Positions 51,499-64,000 of a DNA stretch of 64,000 nt are shown piece after piece. Under the pieces are notes generated by a model that was given only the letters and a program-made list of their open reading frames with translations, was not told where the DNA came from and searched no databases. Position 1 is the first letter of the stretch, and every line of letters starts with the position of its first letter. The DNA comes from Vermamoeba vermiformis. Its lineage: Eukaryota. The stretch covers positions 372,001 through 436,000 of the forward strand of contig JBEWZL010000235.1 of NCBI GenBank assembly GCA_045837725.1, in the 5' to 3' direction. The position numbers and the translations under genes are program-made.

Positions 51499-51729
51499 TC
51501 ACTACGGATCGTAATCGATACAGACGTTGCAACCGATCTCATGTAAATATTTTGAACACAAAATGTGAGGCCCGAAAGCGCGTTTGTGCACTTAGTATTA
51601 TTTCACTAATAAGTGAGTCGTTTTTAGTCGTTACTTTCACGTGCCACATTTCTGAGCTCGAAATTGCCAGGGTTAAAACGGTCTCGAAGTCGAATTCAGT
51701 TACATTGCGATTTTGAGACGAAGACAACG

Positions 51730-53411
51730 ATGGCTCGTCTTACCTTATTAATTTCTTTATTTTGTTTATGTTTCATAGCTTCCAATGCGTTGCTAGATCT
51801 GACGGTTTTTTCTGAGCAAGACGCTTTGGCATCTGGTGCCCGATGGTATGAAATTAAACTAATTAAATACAAAATTAAATACATATTATGCAGCCTCGAT
51901 GGAAGTCCTGCTGGTTATTATATCGAAGTTGGTGAGTTTAAGAAAAGATCCACAAGGTTAAACAAATAAATTAAATCAAATATTTGACAGGATCGGTGCC
52001 CAATAAATGGGTCATTTCGTTAGAAGGCGGAGGTTTGTGCATCGGCGTCGATGCTTGTAAAGGCCGTTTGAATGTATGAGATTTTTTTTTGACAAGATCG
52101 ATTGCTAACCACCCTTTTACAGAATTCGCTCGGTTCCTCGACTTACTTTGCTTCCACCTATGATGGCGTGGACCAGACTTACGGAGGAAGAAGCGATTAC
52201 GCAGCAGAGATTAACCCGGTAATGCTTACCTTAGTTCGATCCACCCGCGAACTAATGCCAAATATTTAGGGCTTTTGGAACTGGACCCGAGTGCACGTAC
52301 CTTATTGCAATGGAGATTTGTGGTCTGGTACTCGTACTACCGTCGAACCAACCTACGGAGTTTATTTCTCCGGACACTTGACGGTCAAAGCTGTCATTGA
52401 AGGTGAGTCCAACTGCTTCATTATACCGGGTCTATATTAACCAGGAACTGCATTTAGATTTAATTTCCAAGCACGGACTCGACAAGGCAGACGAATTAAT
52501 TTTCTCTGGTGGAAGTGCTGGAGCCCTGGGTGCTACTGCTAACATCGATTGGGTCAATCAAGTACGCACTACGATTGCCAATGGTATTGTTTTTCTAACT
52601 AATTATCTTGCAGAGATTACAAGGCGTAACAATCTCCGTGCTGTTGAACGCAGGCTGGTTCATCCCTTACTACGAACCATTCATGAACAACGCAGTACCA
52701 TTAGAGGACCTTATCCGCAACGCTACTACGTACTATCAAAGCCGTTTGAACGGCGATTGTGTTGCTGATCACCCCGGCAACGCGAGCATCTGCACCTTCC
52801 CTCAAATCGCGTACAAATACATCTCCAACAGATTGTTCATCTTGCAATCGGTTATCGACAGCACGCTTGCAGGCTTCTTGGGCCTATACATCGACGGTCA
52901 AAACTATCAACAAGCAGGTCTCTGGACTATCGGACTGGGCGGTGTTGTTCAAGCCTCACTGCAGAACAATGTCGTGACTCGCTACGGCAGCGGTGGCGTT
53001 GTCACCACGTGTTTTATTCACGGTCTGCCCTGGACTGACGTGAAGTTCGTCGTTCAAGGCCACTACAGCGCGTACTACGCTATGAACTGGTACTACAACT
53101 TGCCCGAGCCACACTTCGCTTGGGATGGTTGTGACTTGACTTCGGCTGTCACTCTTCTCCTCACCAACAATTCACTGCTTACGGACTGCAACGGACTGAT
53201 GCAGATGTGCTCTAAGGGCCAAGACGTATTTCCAGCCCCTCCTCTTTCACCCCCCACGCCTGCCGTGCCTCAAAGTTCACCTGTCACAAGTCCATCGACC
53301 ACTAGTCCTTCTTCAGTCTCCGCAGTCCCTCGCTCCAATCAAGCCTCCCAATTATTATTGAATGCCACTGTACTGCTTATCTCAGCAATATTTTTAATCT
53401 TGGCATATTAA
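51730..53411 (+). CDS. Pectin acetylesterase/Notum-family hydrolase with probable GPI signal
   Basis: LDGSPAGYY, LEGGG, NWTRVHVPYCNGDLWSG, nucleophile GGSAG, C..H; Ser/Pro/Thr stalk and hydrophobic C-terminus. Confidence 0.85.
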
Positions 53412-53519
53412 ATTAGTCAACGTAACATTCGAACGAAGATTCTCCGTCAAAGTTTCCTTTTTTTTTTTGATTGTTTGATTCATTTTATTTTGAATTAAAA
53501 GCCCACAAGCCGTGCATCA

Positions 53520-55147
53520 ATGAAGGTCGCTTTCATCTTATTGCTCGGAGCGCTTATCAGCTTGACACTCGCCGTCCAGAAAGGCGACGAATTTTTTACG
53601 CAACGCATCCGCGCCAAGTTTGATGACAATACCGTCATATGGACAACTAACGCAGAGGCTCGTCAAAAAGGTGCGTTAAACATTTTTCTGATTTTTCTGT
53701 GTTGAAATTGAAAAAATTCGATCCGTCAGCTTGGGACCTTGGCCGCAAAGGAGTTGGATACATTGATGTCACGGATGTAACCTCTCAAAGAATCCCACAA
53801 CGACAAACCCAATTTCCTACAAAGCCTGCTCATCAAAAATTGATTGATCCGTTGTTGGCCCAACTGTCTGACGAGAATTTATTGGCTTATTGCACCAAGC
53901 TTTCGTCTTTCCCGACTCGCGTAAGTTCATTTGACGTTTACGAGATTCGGAATCTTCTTGTTAAACTTCGATGGGATCCGGATGTGCTAATTTTTTATTT
54001 ACTGCAGTATTATACGTCCAAGAGCGGTGTTGAAGCTGCCAATTGGATTAAAACTCAATTCGAAACATTTGCTGCAGGCAATAAAGACGTCACTGTTGAA
54101 TTATTTGAGCACAAATGGGCTCAGCCTTCAGTTATTGCTACCATTAAAGGTAATTATCACAAGTCATGTTTCTAATAATTGCAACTGTTATTAATATCTT
54201 GGTTTTTTTGAAGGTTATGGCCCTCTTGCGGATGAAATTGTCATTATCGGAGCGCACGAGGACTCAATTTCTTTCAGCGGAGCCACTGCCCCTGGTGCTG
54301 ATGACGATGGTATTAACGCGGTGCTAATATAATTCATGTAGTGTATTAACCACCGAATATTTTGTGATCTGCAGGAAGTGGCACGTCGAATGTCCTTGAA
54401 ATTTTCAGAGTACTTGTCAACTCCGGCATCAAATTCAACCGAACTATTCAATTCATGACTTATTCAGCTGAAGAGGGTAAGTACATTCAACAGTGATAGT
54501 GCTGTTATAATCAATATTGATGTCGGCTTTAGTTGGTTTGAAGGGCAGTGCCGCCATTGCCGACACTTACTACAAAGCCGATGCTAAAGTGTTCGCCGTG
54601 TTTCAAGCGGACATGACTGCGTACACCGCACCTGGCAAGCCGCAGCAGCTCAACATTATTGGCGACTATGTCAACAAAGATTTGACCAACTTCTTGAAGG
54701 TAAGGCACTACCTGTAGTGAGCAATAGGTCTCCATACTTGTCTATAATTCGGCTTTGTTATCGAATCTTCGTGATTACTTAGTTTTGCAAGTGCTTCGAA
54801 ATTACATTTTCGATAATTTTGTAACGGATCAACGCATACTTAGCTAACATCATTTTATTCTTTAGACGCTTGTTCCTGCCTATACTACACTTCCTTATGT
54901 TGTCTCAAACTGCGACTATGCCTGCAGCGACCACGCCTCTTGGTTCGAATACGGCTACGCGGATGTGGCCGTTATCGAGGCAGATCCAGCGGGTGACATT
55001 GATCCTTACATTCATTCTAACCAAGATACAGTGGACAAGTTGGATTTCAAATACAGTCTTGAATACGCCAAGCTCGGATTGAGTTTTGTTACTGAGTTGG
55101 CTTTGTACACCGCTGAAAGTGCACCAACAGCAGATTATAAATACTAG
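53520..55147 (+). CDS. Secreted M28 leucyl aminopeptidase
   Basis: Signal peptide; IGAHEDS, APGADDDGSG, SAEEVGLKGS, QADM, YACSDH, YIHSNQD. Confidence 0.92.
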
Positions 55148-55283
55148 TTATGAAAGTATAATAAATCGTGCACTTACAATTTCAAGAGGAATATTCCTTT
55201 CAAGATCCACCAGCATTAGTATTTTTTTTTGGGAACGGAATAAGTTTTGATAACATTTAAATTGATAACACAACGGGCACAAA

Positions 55284-57878
55284 ATGGAAGTCGATGACCA
55301 AGCGAGCACGACATTGGCAATAGAAGCCATTGGTACGATCAATGCGTGGATCGAGAATATTTGATTGACATTATTTGTTAAATTAATTATGAATAATTTT
55401 TTAGACAAAATCCCCGCCAATTTGGACAGTAATTTGACATCTTTGACCATCACCGGTGGTTTATTTACTCAGATAAAAAAGTAAGAATTTCAAAAATATT
55501 AAATAATTCAGAATCGTCTCAATTAATTATGTTATCGTTCTATCATCTAGCTTAAGCCGTTTGACAAATTTGAGAAGCTTGTCTATCACAAACAGTGCAA
55601 TTACAGAAGTGGATGGGCTAGATCACAATTACAACTTACAAACGTTGCTTTTAAACGGCAATTCAATACGCGCAATCAAAAAGAAAAATATAGGCAAGTG
55701 TGAAAATGAGCTTATTACAATTTTCCGTTATTTTCATTACTGACACCATTTTTGAAAGGACATTTGACAAATCTTCAATACTTATCACTGAACGACACGC
55801 TAGTATCAAATTTATGGACCACAGTCGACGCGTTAAAGACATTGACTAATCTCCGGCAATTAATTTTCGACTCGTCGTCATTGCCGTCAATAAGCGCGGA
55901 AGATTTTAACGACGAAGAAGGTCAAAGCGAACAAAATGACAGTCGAAGTTCAATGAGCGATATTAGCGATATTGAAAATATGTTGGAGACTAGTAGCAAT
56001 AGCGATATGGATCAAGAAGGGTCTGATAGTGAAGAAGAAAACAGTTTCAGCGAGTTGGCACGGTGGATGCACCGCACTTTGGATTACGGATTAATTCACA
56101 AACAAAGATACTACAGAGAATTTATTATACACCATTTGCCTCAATTAGAATCACTCGATGAAGTTAAAATTTCAGCACAAGAGCGCGTACAAAGCAGCGA
56201 AATTGTTGCAAAGCATTTTATCGTTAATCCGTTCAAAGAATTCATCAAATTCAACGAAAAATCGATGCAAAGTATGCCCGATCTTCTTACGGATTGGCAA
56301 TTAGGCAAGTTAAAGTCTTATTATAGCGAAATGTAGGCCTAATTTATAATGAAAAAATTTAGGAACGGTGCCGTCAAGGTCAATGGCCACGCGCACTTAT
56401 CGCAAACATTACGCACAATACGCACAACCAGCGTTCACGCGACTATGTGACAAATACAAGCCTCGGCAAATAGAATACAACCCGACCTTGCCCGGACTCA
56501 TGTTATTCGGCACAATCAACGGTGAGTGGCAGTAACATGCAGTTTGAAATTGAGATTAAAAATTAATTTCGTTTTTTTTTAGCGGAGATTGGAGTGCTGA
56601 ACTATGAAAAGAAAAAAGTGTTGGGCATGACTTCAGTTGAAGGGTACTTACAACATTGACAGCGCACTACATCGTACTAATATGATTATAATTCGCTTAT
56701 AGCAACAGAGGCACAGTTCTCGGGCTGTGTTGGCTCCGATCAAATCCGTTCAGATTTGTAGCTGGATGTGACTCAGGGCATATAAATATGTTCGACGTCA
56801 ACGATTTGATTGGTAGGTTTTTCCATTCATTTTAACTTTATAAGCTAACAGAGTGATTTTTTTGCAGCACAACGAGGTCCATTACATCAATACATGAAAT
56901 TTCCGCGTCTGACGTCGATTAGCGTCAATGCCACTGACGAACTGCTGTTAACAAGTAGGAGTTCCATGTGATGTATTTCTTGGATGCAACTAACTCGGCA
57001 TTCAGGCGGCTACTCTCGCAATGTATTCGTGCACGACTTGCAAACGAGTCGTGAAGTGCGCACGTATCAAGACTGTCACACAAATTACATCAATTCTGCA
57101 AAATTTGCAAATTCCGTGCCGTACTTGTTCACTACATCGTCGTTCGATCATTCACTGAAATTGTTTGACATTCGAGACCGCTCTACGGTACGTTTGTTCA
57201 TTACCAAATATGGAAGTTTTACTGACGAACAAATGCTGCAGCATCCAATTTACACACGAGAAACTAAAAACGAGTGTCTCATGGTCACGTGGTCTCCCGA
57301 TGACAGGTCAGCATTCTCCTGCTTTCTACGAATATTTCCTAATTTGGCAATAGATTTTTGCTCTTATCCTGTGCAGACAACGAAGTAACACAATTCAATG
57401 CTGTAGACGGATCAATCAATTTAGCGTAAGAACAAACTTTATTCTTCGAATTAGGTGTTAATAAAATCGATATAGGTACCCACTTAAGCCTATCAACAGC
57501 GAATACAACTACACGCGATCATATTACATCAATCGTGGCCAATACATTATTGTCGGATCTTGCGAACAAGCAGCGATTAGAATCTGCTCGACCAAAGACG
57601 GAAGATTGTTACGCGAAGTGAATTTTGACGATGACGCTGGTGCCCTAAGACTATGTAAGTGCATTTTAATGTGAAGCTCACGATTACCGATTTAACTGTG
57701 TTGATAATAGGCTGTCAATCTTTACGCGGAAATCCGCACGAAGACTTTAGATTTTCAATTCTCGTTGCAGAGTAAGTCATTCTATTTTAGGCGCATAAAA
57801 TACTTACCTGTGCATATTAGGGTGCTGAATTACTCGGATTTAAAGTTGTACGATGTCGATTTGCTGCATTGCGAATAA
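55284..57878 (+). CDS. LRR + WD40 protein, similar to plant DHU1 (DWD protein)
   Basis: LRRs LTNLRSLSI, LQTLLLNGNSI, YREFIIHHLPQLESLD; PRQIEYNP..LFGTING; TSSFDHSLKLFDIR; NYTRSYY; QSLRG. Confidence 0.78.
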
Positions 57879-57964
57879 ATACAGCTGTTTATTTCGAAAA
57901 GTTTGCAGCGATCGCTCCAAACGAACCCAGCAAGGATTTACATCTTGTATAGAACTCGAATTTC

Positions 57965-58593
57965 TCAAGAACCAAAACCGTAGAGTGTTCTGCCTTGTCT
58001 CTTGAGCGAGTACACGACGTCCATTGCAGTCACGGTCTTGCGCTTTGCGTACTGATAAAACTGTTAGGGTACAATATTTCGTCACTTGGCTAAATTAAGA
58101 TGTGCACGAATTTGAATTGAGAAGTGATTGTTTGGTGTTTTTTGCACCTTAACGCTCCGATTATTGTGCAATCTTAAACTTTCTTGTTTTGAATGAAAAG
58201 CTAAGTGTATTTTAGCGTACGCACGCGGTCACCATACTTCCTTCAAAAAATTTGGCGTTCCATTCACAGTATTGTAATTTCCTGGTCTTAAATTGACAGA
58301 GGACACCTACTTCAGTGTAAGTCACGGCGTCACGCACAACCTTCTCCAAGAACACGTGCAACACGCCGCGCGTCTCTTCGTAGATCAAGCCGCTGATTCT
58401 CTTCACTCCTCCACGACGCGCAAGTCTTTTAATCGCGGGTTGGTAACATGAGTGATTGATTCGCGGTATAGCTGTTAAACTCAGATTAGAGACGGAATTG
58501 CACTGGAAGGTTGCGTACTCTTCTTCTGCGCTTGACACCGCCTGTTCCGATGCCTTTCAAGCCAAGACCTTTGCCTTTACCTATTCCTGACAT
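57965..58593 (-). pseudogene. H4: Divergent histone H4 gene with two introns and an apparent 1-nt frameshift
   Basis: [25 protein letters not shown] / [10 protein letters not shown]-(frameshift)[27 protein letters not shown]..RDAVTYTE / [28 protein letters not shown]. Confidence 0.8.
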
Positions 58594-58715
58594 TATTGTT
58601 ATGTGTGGTCGCTACTTCGTTTTGTTGTTTGGATTGACATTCGCTCCAAATTTGGTAAATATGTTTTCAAAGTGATGTTCAACGTTCGTTATCTTCAAAA
58701 AAGTGAATATTGTGT

Positions 58716-58730
58716 TCTGATTGGTCAGAA
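58716..58730 (-). promoter_or_regulatory. CCAAT box upstream of the H4 gene
   Basis: TTCTGACCAATCAGA on the minus strand about 130 bp upstream of the ATG. Confidence 0.45.
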
Positions 58731-58859
58731 CTTGGAATTTTGCCTGGATAAGGACCGACACGAATTTCTAGTCCGTTTTTCAGCAGATCTGCGCTAAATC
58801 AAGTAAACTTTATATATTACAATATTGCATTACCGCAACGGTAGGCACTTCGTGAATAT

Positions 58860-60092
58860 TTAAAAAGAGTCCCAATACGTCTTGCCACTCATTCGGTTAA
58901 ACTTTCTGTACAAATAGATCTCGACAATGATCATGCCAGGAACGAACATCAAATACGCAGCAATGTTGAGCCAAATGCCGGTGATCTCCCATTCACCAAT
59001 ATCGACTCCCGCAATGCCTGCGAACACCTGAAAAGCCAAAGTAAGCGTCAATACAAGCAAGAAATTATTGATCTAGATCGTGTTCACTGCACTTACGAAG
59101 GGAGAAGTTAATAACCGATAAATAGGACTGCCCATGCCAATATTGAATGTTCTAATAGCCCACGCTCGATGCACTTGCACCTATTCCACGTGTCATTACC
59201 AGATCCAAAGATGTAATCACTGAATTGTGATTGCAAGCACGTACCTTATGTTGTCTGATGCGAATGTACGTCATCAGTCCTGAAATGAAAAATACCGCGC
59301 CATAGACCAAGAATGCGACGTCCATCACAAGGCCACCTGAAAAGCGTCGAATCAGACGACGATCATTCGACGAGGTATTAATGTCTTACCGACTGTGCCG
59401 TTGAGGATAATATACACAAGTCCTGCAACACTCGCTGGCAAACAACCGAGAGCAAGGTAAATGCGACCGGTCCAGCGATGAAATCGCGGCCATTTTGTTC
59501 TTACACTTTGCATTAATTGAAAAGGACCAGTCAAAATAACTATAATTCCACCTAAACAATCATATTAAAATAATATTCCCGGTGAATCACAGAAAATCTG
59601 CGTAAGAGATCTGGAAGCCACCTTTTCATGAAATGACGTTCAATATTCTGGTGGTATCTCACGCAGTATTAAAATTAAATATGATATATCTTATAAACTC
59701 ATACCGATCCAATGCATAGCAATGGGAGCAGTACGAGGCTCATATGAGTAATCGCTGATCGATTTCCAATCCTCGACTGGCTTGACAAAAAACCACGCAA
59801 AAATATAGCCAGTGAACCATATGGACCACAGTAATGCCAATATTAACGTGGCCGTAATACAACGTGACTTATGGGGTGATTTCTGAATAGAGCAGTTATT
59901 AGCCACTATCTCCAATATTATTAATTTAATAAAATTGGTATCTAGTCATTAATTTATTGAGCGCTTCGCTGATGTTGCGCATTTGATTATTTGCGACTAA
60001 GCAACGGTCAAAATGAATTTAAATACCGATCAACATACGCGCTTTTCTGGGGATAATAATCCTGCTTCTTCCCACGTTACCGCGTTGTCCAT
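58860..60092 (-). CDS. DUF2306-like membrane protein
   Basis: MHWIG, GPFQL, FHRWTGRIYL, HRAWAIRTF; several TM helices. Confidence 0.75.
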
Positions 60093-60341
60093 ATTGTTAT
60101 ATATTACAAACACCGTTAGGCTAAAAGGCTGTGAAGGTCTAAAATTTTACAGAGCGTGATCACGTCTTTACACTCCTCTTTGAGTGGGTTAGTTATCGCC
60201 TGTAGCTGTACAATATCTTTGTCAAATGAGCTATTTTCTCTGCGTGTCGTCTCGTGTGCTTGACGGCCTGCGGACTAAATATTTATCCTGGCCAGTGATT
60301 TTTAGCGGCCCGCGATATTTTTTTTAACACTTACGTGCAAT

Positions 60342-62585
60342 ATGAATAACACATTACGTTGTACTATATATTTAGTATTCTTTATTGTATTTTCCTTCGT
60401 TGCAGCGGTAAGCGATCGCGTAGATGTATTGCCACTCGTAAAAACTCACTTACACGTTTTGTAGAATGAAATTGTAAATATAGAAGGCCTGGGAAAGGTC
60501 CGAGGCCATTTTATTTCGGATAAAACAATTGAATTCCTTGGGATCCCGTACGTAACAACTTTTTACGACGATTAAATAATTTTAAACAATTATCCGAATG
60601 AAGCAATAGTATTCAAAAATCATGGAAAATAATCGCTTGGCATTAGAAAATTAAATCTATTTTGCAAAGCTTTTCGGGGACTGACACGATCTATTTTTAT
60701 AGCTACGCTGAACCCCCCGTTGGCGATCGTCGCTTGAGACCATCAACTCCCGTTCAGCCGTGGAAAAACACTATTGAAGCCACTCGTGGCGTGATTTGTC
60801 CTCAACATCCCCCTCGCTTCACTCCCCACCACTTGGAGCGATCCGAAGACTGCTTAGTGGTCAATATTTGGACTCCCGCTGATACTACTCCTAAGAGCAA
60901 GCTGCCTGTCTTGGTATATATTCACGGTGGTGCTTTCTACGTCGGTAGTGGTCTCGATAATTATGCCAATCCGCACAACTTGACGCAGGTAAGGCGTTAC
61001 CGAAAAGTGATCGATAATTTAACTAACGAACAATAGAACGACGTTATTTTTGTGAACGTTAACTATCGTCTTGGGTTTTTGGGATTTTTGGCGCATCCAG
61101 CATTGACTCGTGAAAATCCTACGAAGCCGTGCAATTTTGGTTTGCTCGATCAACGTCTCGCACTCGATTGGGTCAGCAAACACATTGGCGCGTTTGGAGG
61201 CGATAGCAGCAACATTACTTTAATGGGAGAGTCCGCGGGTGCAATTAGTATCATGGCTCACTTGGCCGCAGCTGACGTGTACAACCCGCCGGTGAGCAAG
61301 GCTGTTATCATGAGCAGTGTTCCTTGGTTCACACGTGCCAATCTCTCGCATGCCGAGGAGCTCGGTGTTAACTTGGTGAAGAAGTTGGGCTGCAGCGGCA
61401 CTGAGTAAGTGATGGTGAGCAGTTGGCAAACGATATTAACCCAATCAAATAGCGACGAAGTTTTGAAGTGCTTGCGTGCTCTTCCGGCTGAAGATTTTAT
61501 GATCGCGATGAGTCTTCGCTTGGTGTTCTTCTGGCATCTGTCAGAGACCGGCCCTGCCTTGATTCACGATGGTATCAACTTCAAGGAGCCCAACGTTGGT
61601 TCATTTATGGAGGTATTTCAAACACTGTGTACAAGAGTTAAGTAATAACGCGTGCATTTGTAGGGCAAATTCAAGCACGACATTCCATTGATGATCGGTA
61701 CCACCGCTGAAGAAGGCAATCTCTTCGTGTTCTTGTCCTTCTTGTTGCACAAACCAACCGAAGATCTGTACAAAGACTTGGTTCATAAGGCATTTGGACG
61801 ATTCTCCGAGTCTGTTCCTGGAATCGTGGACGAGATTTTTGAGCGTTATTCGTTGACGACTCCTAAATACTGTAAGCCGTTCGTGATGCATTTTAATAAC
61901 GCGTTATTAATGTCTGTCAGCCACTTTCCCTGCTTTCTATGCCCTTGGCGATATCATTACTGACGTCAGCTTCACTTGTCCGTCACAACAAATGTTGAAA
62001 TCAGCGCACGAGTTCAGCACGAGCAAACACCCGAATGGCCATAAGAATGTCTACGGCTACCTGTGGAACTACAACCACGATCCCAGCGACGTCATGCGCG
62101 CTTATCACGGTAGCGAGTTGCCTTACTTCTTTGGCGGCGGTGACAGAACTCAACCTGACTCCGTGACACTCGGCAAACAAGTCTTCGCGTACGTGCTGCA
62201 GTTCATCAGAACGGGATCGCCTTCCTTGCCCAATCAGCCTGCATGGCCAGCCTTCGGCAGTGAGCACAATGTGCTGGTGCTCCAACCGAATATCACCATG
62301 CAGACCCACTTCAAAGACGAGATCTGTCAGTGGTGGCAGAATAACTTCCCTAAGGGCATGCCGATGAGCACCGAGGACTTGCTCGCTGACGAACCATTCC
62401 TATCAGCGCTCTTTAACAAGTACGTCTTATTTGTCCTGATTATGTTCAACAGAAAGCCTCGAATTGCCTATTCCATCACTGGCGTTGTCCTCTTGCTCTT
62501 CGGACTCGCCTTGTACAAAGTTGTAAAAGCCATTTGCTGCCGTCGTAAAAAGCCGGTTGCGACAAAGCAAAAGAAGCAGCAATAA
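60342..62585 (+). CDS. Type-B carboxylesterase with C-terminal TM and KKxx tail
   Basis: FLGIPYA.PP, SEDCL, YIHGGAF, NYRLG, GESAG, GTTAEEG, AYHGSEL; ends KKQQ*. Confidence 0.92.
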
Positions 62586-62688
62586 ACAGGTGTAGATCTC
62601 GCTTTTTTTGGCGGTAGATTTCTTTTCATGAAAAACACAATAACCTTTTTTTCTGGCACTTTCATAATAATCAGTTACAAATCCCAAA

Positions 62689-64000
62689 ATGACCACAAGC
62701 GAAATCGCCGAATTTGATGCCGCGTTGTGGCAGGATCTCAGCAATTATGATTTCAAGCCAGGTATGTGACACGATCGTGATCGACGGGACCTAAAAAGCG
62801 CCCTTTGATATCTATAGAAGGATATAATTAATTGGATATTATTGAGCACTTTTTTAATGTTCTTCGTACAACAGTTGAATTTTATTTCGTAAATTACGAT
62901 AATTAATTTTATTAAGATCCCGCCGGTTACCGTGCTCTTATTGATTTATAATTTAGGATTTGGATTTATGCGCGAAGCTCCACTAGAACGATTGCCAGAG
63001 TACTTCAATCCATGGGAGGATCTGCTTAACAAAATGCCGCAATTGTTAAAACGCGACGAAGATGAGCCCCAACGTACTAATTATATTGGAGAAGATTTTT
63101 ACACCGAAGTTGCGAAAATGCCACTGCTGGATCCTGCTAAACTATCGGATACGGTAATAGAAATTTAGCCGTTGTTTTATTCAGCTTATTAATACGATAA
63201 TTTAGAAATTACTCTCGCGCGGAATGCTAGTTATTTCATTACTTGGTCACGGTTTCATGTTTGGCGATTACCGAAGGTAGATCTAATTGACATTTTCAAC
63301 CGATCTGTCATTTTTTCCCGAGTACTTGAAAACGATAACGAGTCTCCTTATTATTGTGCGAATAATATCAGAACGATTTTATGAAATTTGATATTATTGT
63401 GCATTTTCAGACCTTTTGAACTGTCGTTTTACGATTCAGGCTCACATTTGACCGAAGCTTCTTTGAGTTCGGAACTAACAATCTCTGATAGAAAAATAGT
63501 GCACGCTGAAATACCACCTAATATTGCCATTCCATGGGTTCTCATTGCTGATCGTTTACAACGGCCGCCCATTATCAGCCACGATTCACTGAACCTGTCA
63601 AACTATAAATTTGCGCGACCAGACATCGATCCTACCAAAGAGAAAATATTCACTGAGGATCTAATCAAGCTCGACGGATTTTTGGACGATTACTCGGAGG
63701 ATTGGTTTTACCTGGTCACATCCGAACTCGAATTCAGAGGCTCAGCTTTGCCCTTCTTGTTCCGTAGAATTCACGAAGGAATTTTGCAAAAGAGTAAGCA
63801 AGACATCGATATTTGAGTCAAAAACTAATGACGTTGTAGAGTTGGATGCGAACGAAATCGTTGCCTCGTTGAACAAAGTGTACTTATTGCTGGAGGAGAT
63901 CAACAGAGTTATCCTCAAAATGTTCGAGAAGTGCGACCCTACAATCTTTTATCACAAGCGTACGTACTTTTATTGAAAAACCAACGCATTCTGACACGTG
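62689..64000 (+). CDS. Indoleamine 2,3-dioxygenase family protein, 3' end outside window
   Basis: GFGF..PLERLPEYFNPWEDL, IPPNIAIPW..RLQRPPIISH, EDWFYLV..E, MFEKCDPTIFY. Confidence 0.82.

Noticed and set aside
1-64000. CRISPR arrays, operons, prokaryotic defence systems, and the many short antisense ORFs in the track
   Set aside because: No repeat-spacer pattern; the DNA is intron-rich eukaryotic; antisense ORFs are shadows of real exons.

Overview
Gene-dense eukaryotic nuclear DNA with many short (~50-300 nt) AT-rich spliceosomal introns, so the ORF track shows exon fragments. The gene content suggests an amoebozoan-like protist (inference only). About 27 genes or pseudogenes were rebuilt by hand-splicing. 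They include a class-V PLP enzyme, COMMD1, two receptor tyrosine-kinase-type genes with different ectodomains, an intronless SDR, an XRN-family 5'-3' exoribonuclease, two START paralogs, six F-box genes (FBXO11-like, two Ank/F-box, two RWD/F-box, one orphan), an EF-hand protein, a large Cys-rich multi-TM receptor, and bestrophin-like, PAE/Notum-like, M28 peptidase, DHU1-like, histone H4-like, DUF2306, carboxylesterase and IDO genes. The most notable signals are: (1) an XRN with all catalytic acids and a dsRNA-binding-like domain inserted inside its nuclease core; (2) a 413-bp insertion flanked by 8-bp direct repeats, with almost CpG-free host DNA on both sides; (3) a TAA-flanked MITE carrying two tRNA-derived units; (4) a pair of RWD + F-box + unknown-domain genes; (5) a U12-type AT-AC intron; (6) recurrent RGATCY palindromes in introns. 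No CRISPR array, rRNA or intact tRNA was seen. Exon boundaries were derived by eye, and no database search was run.
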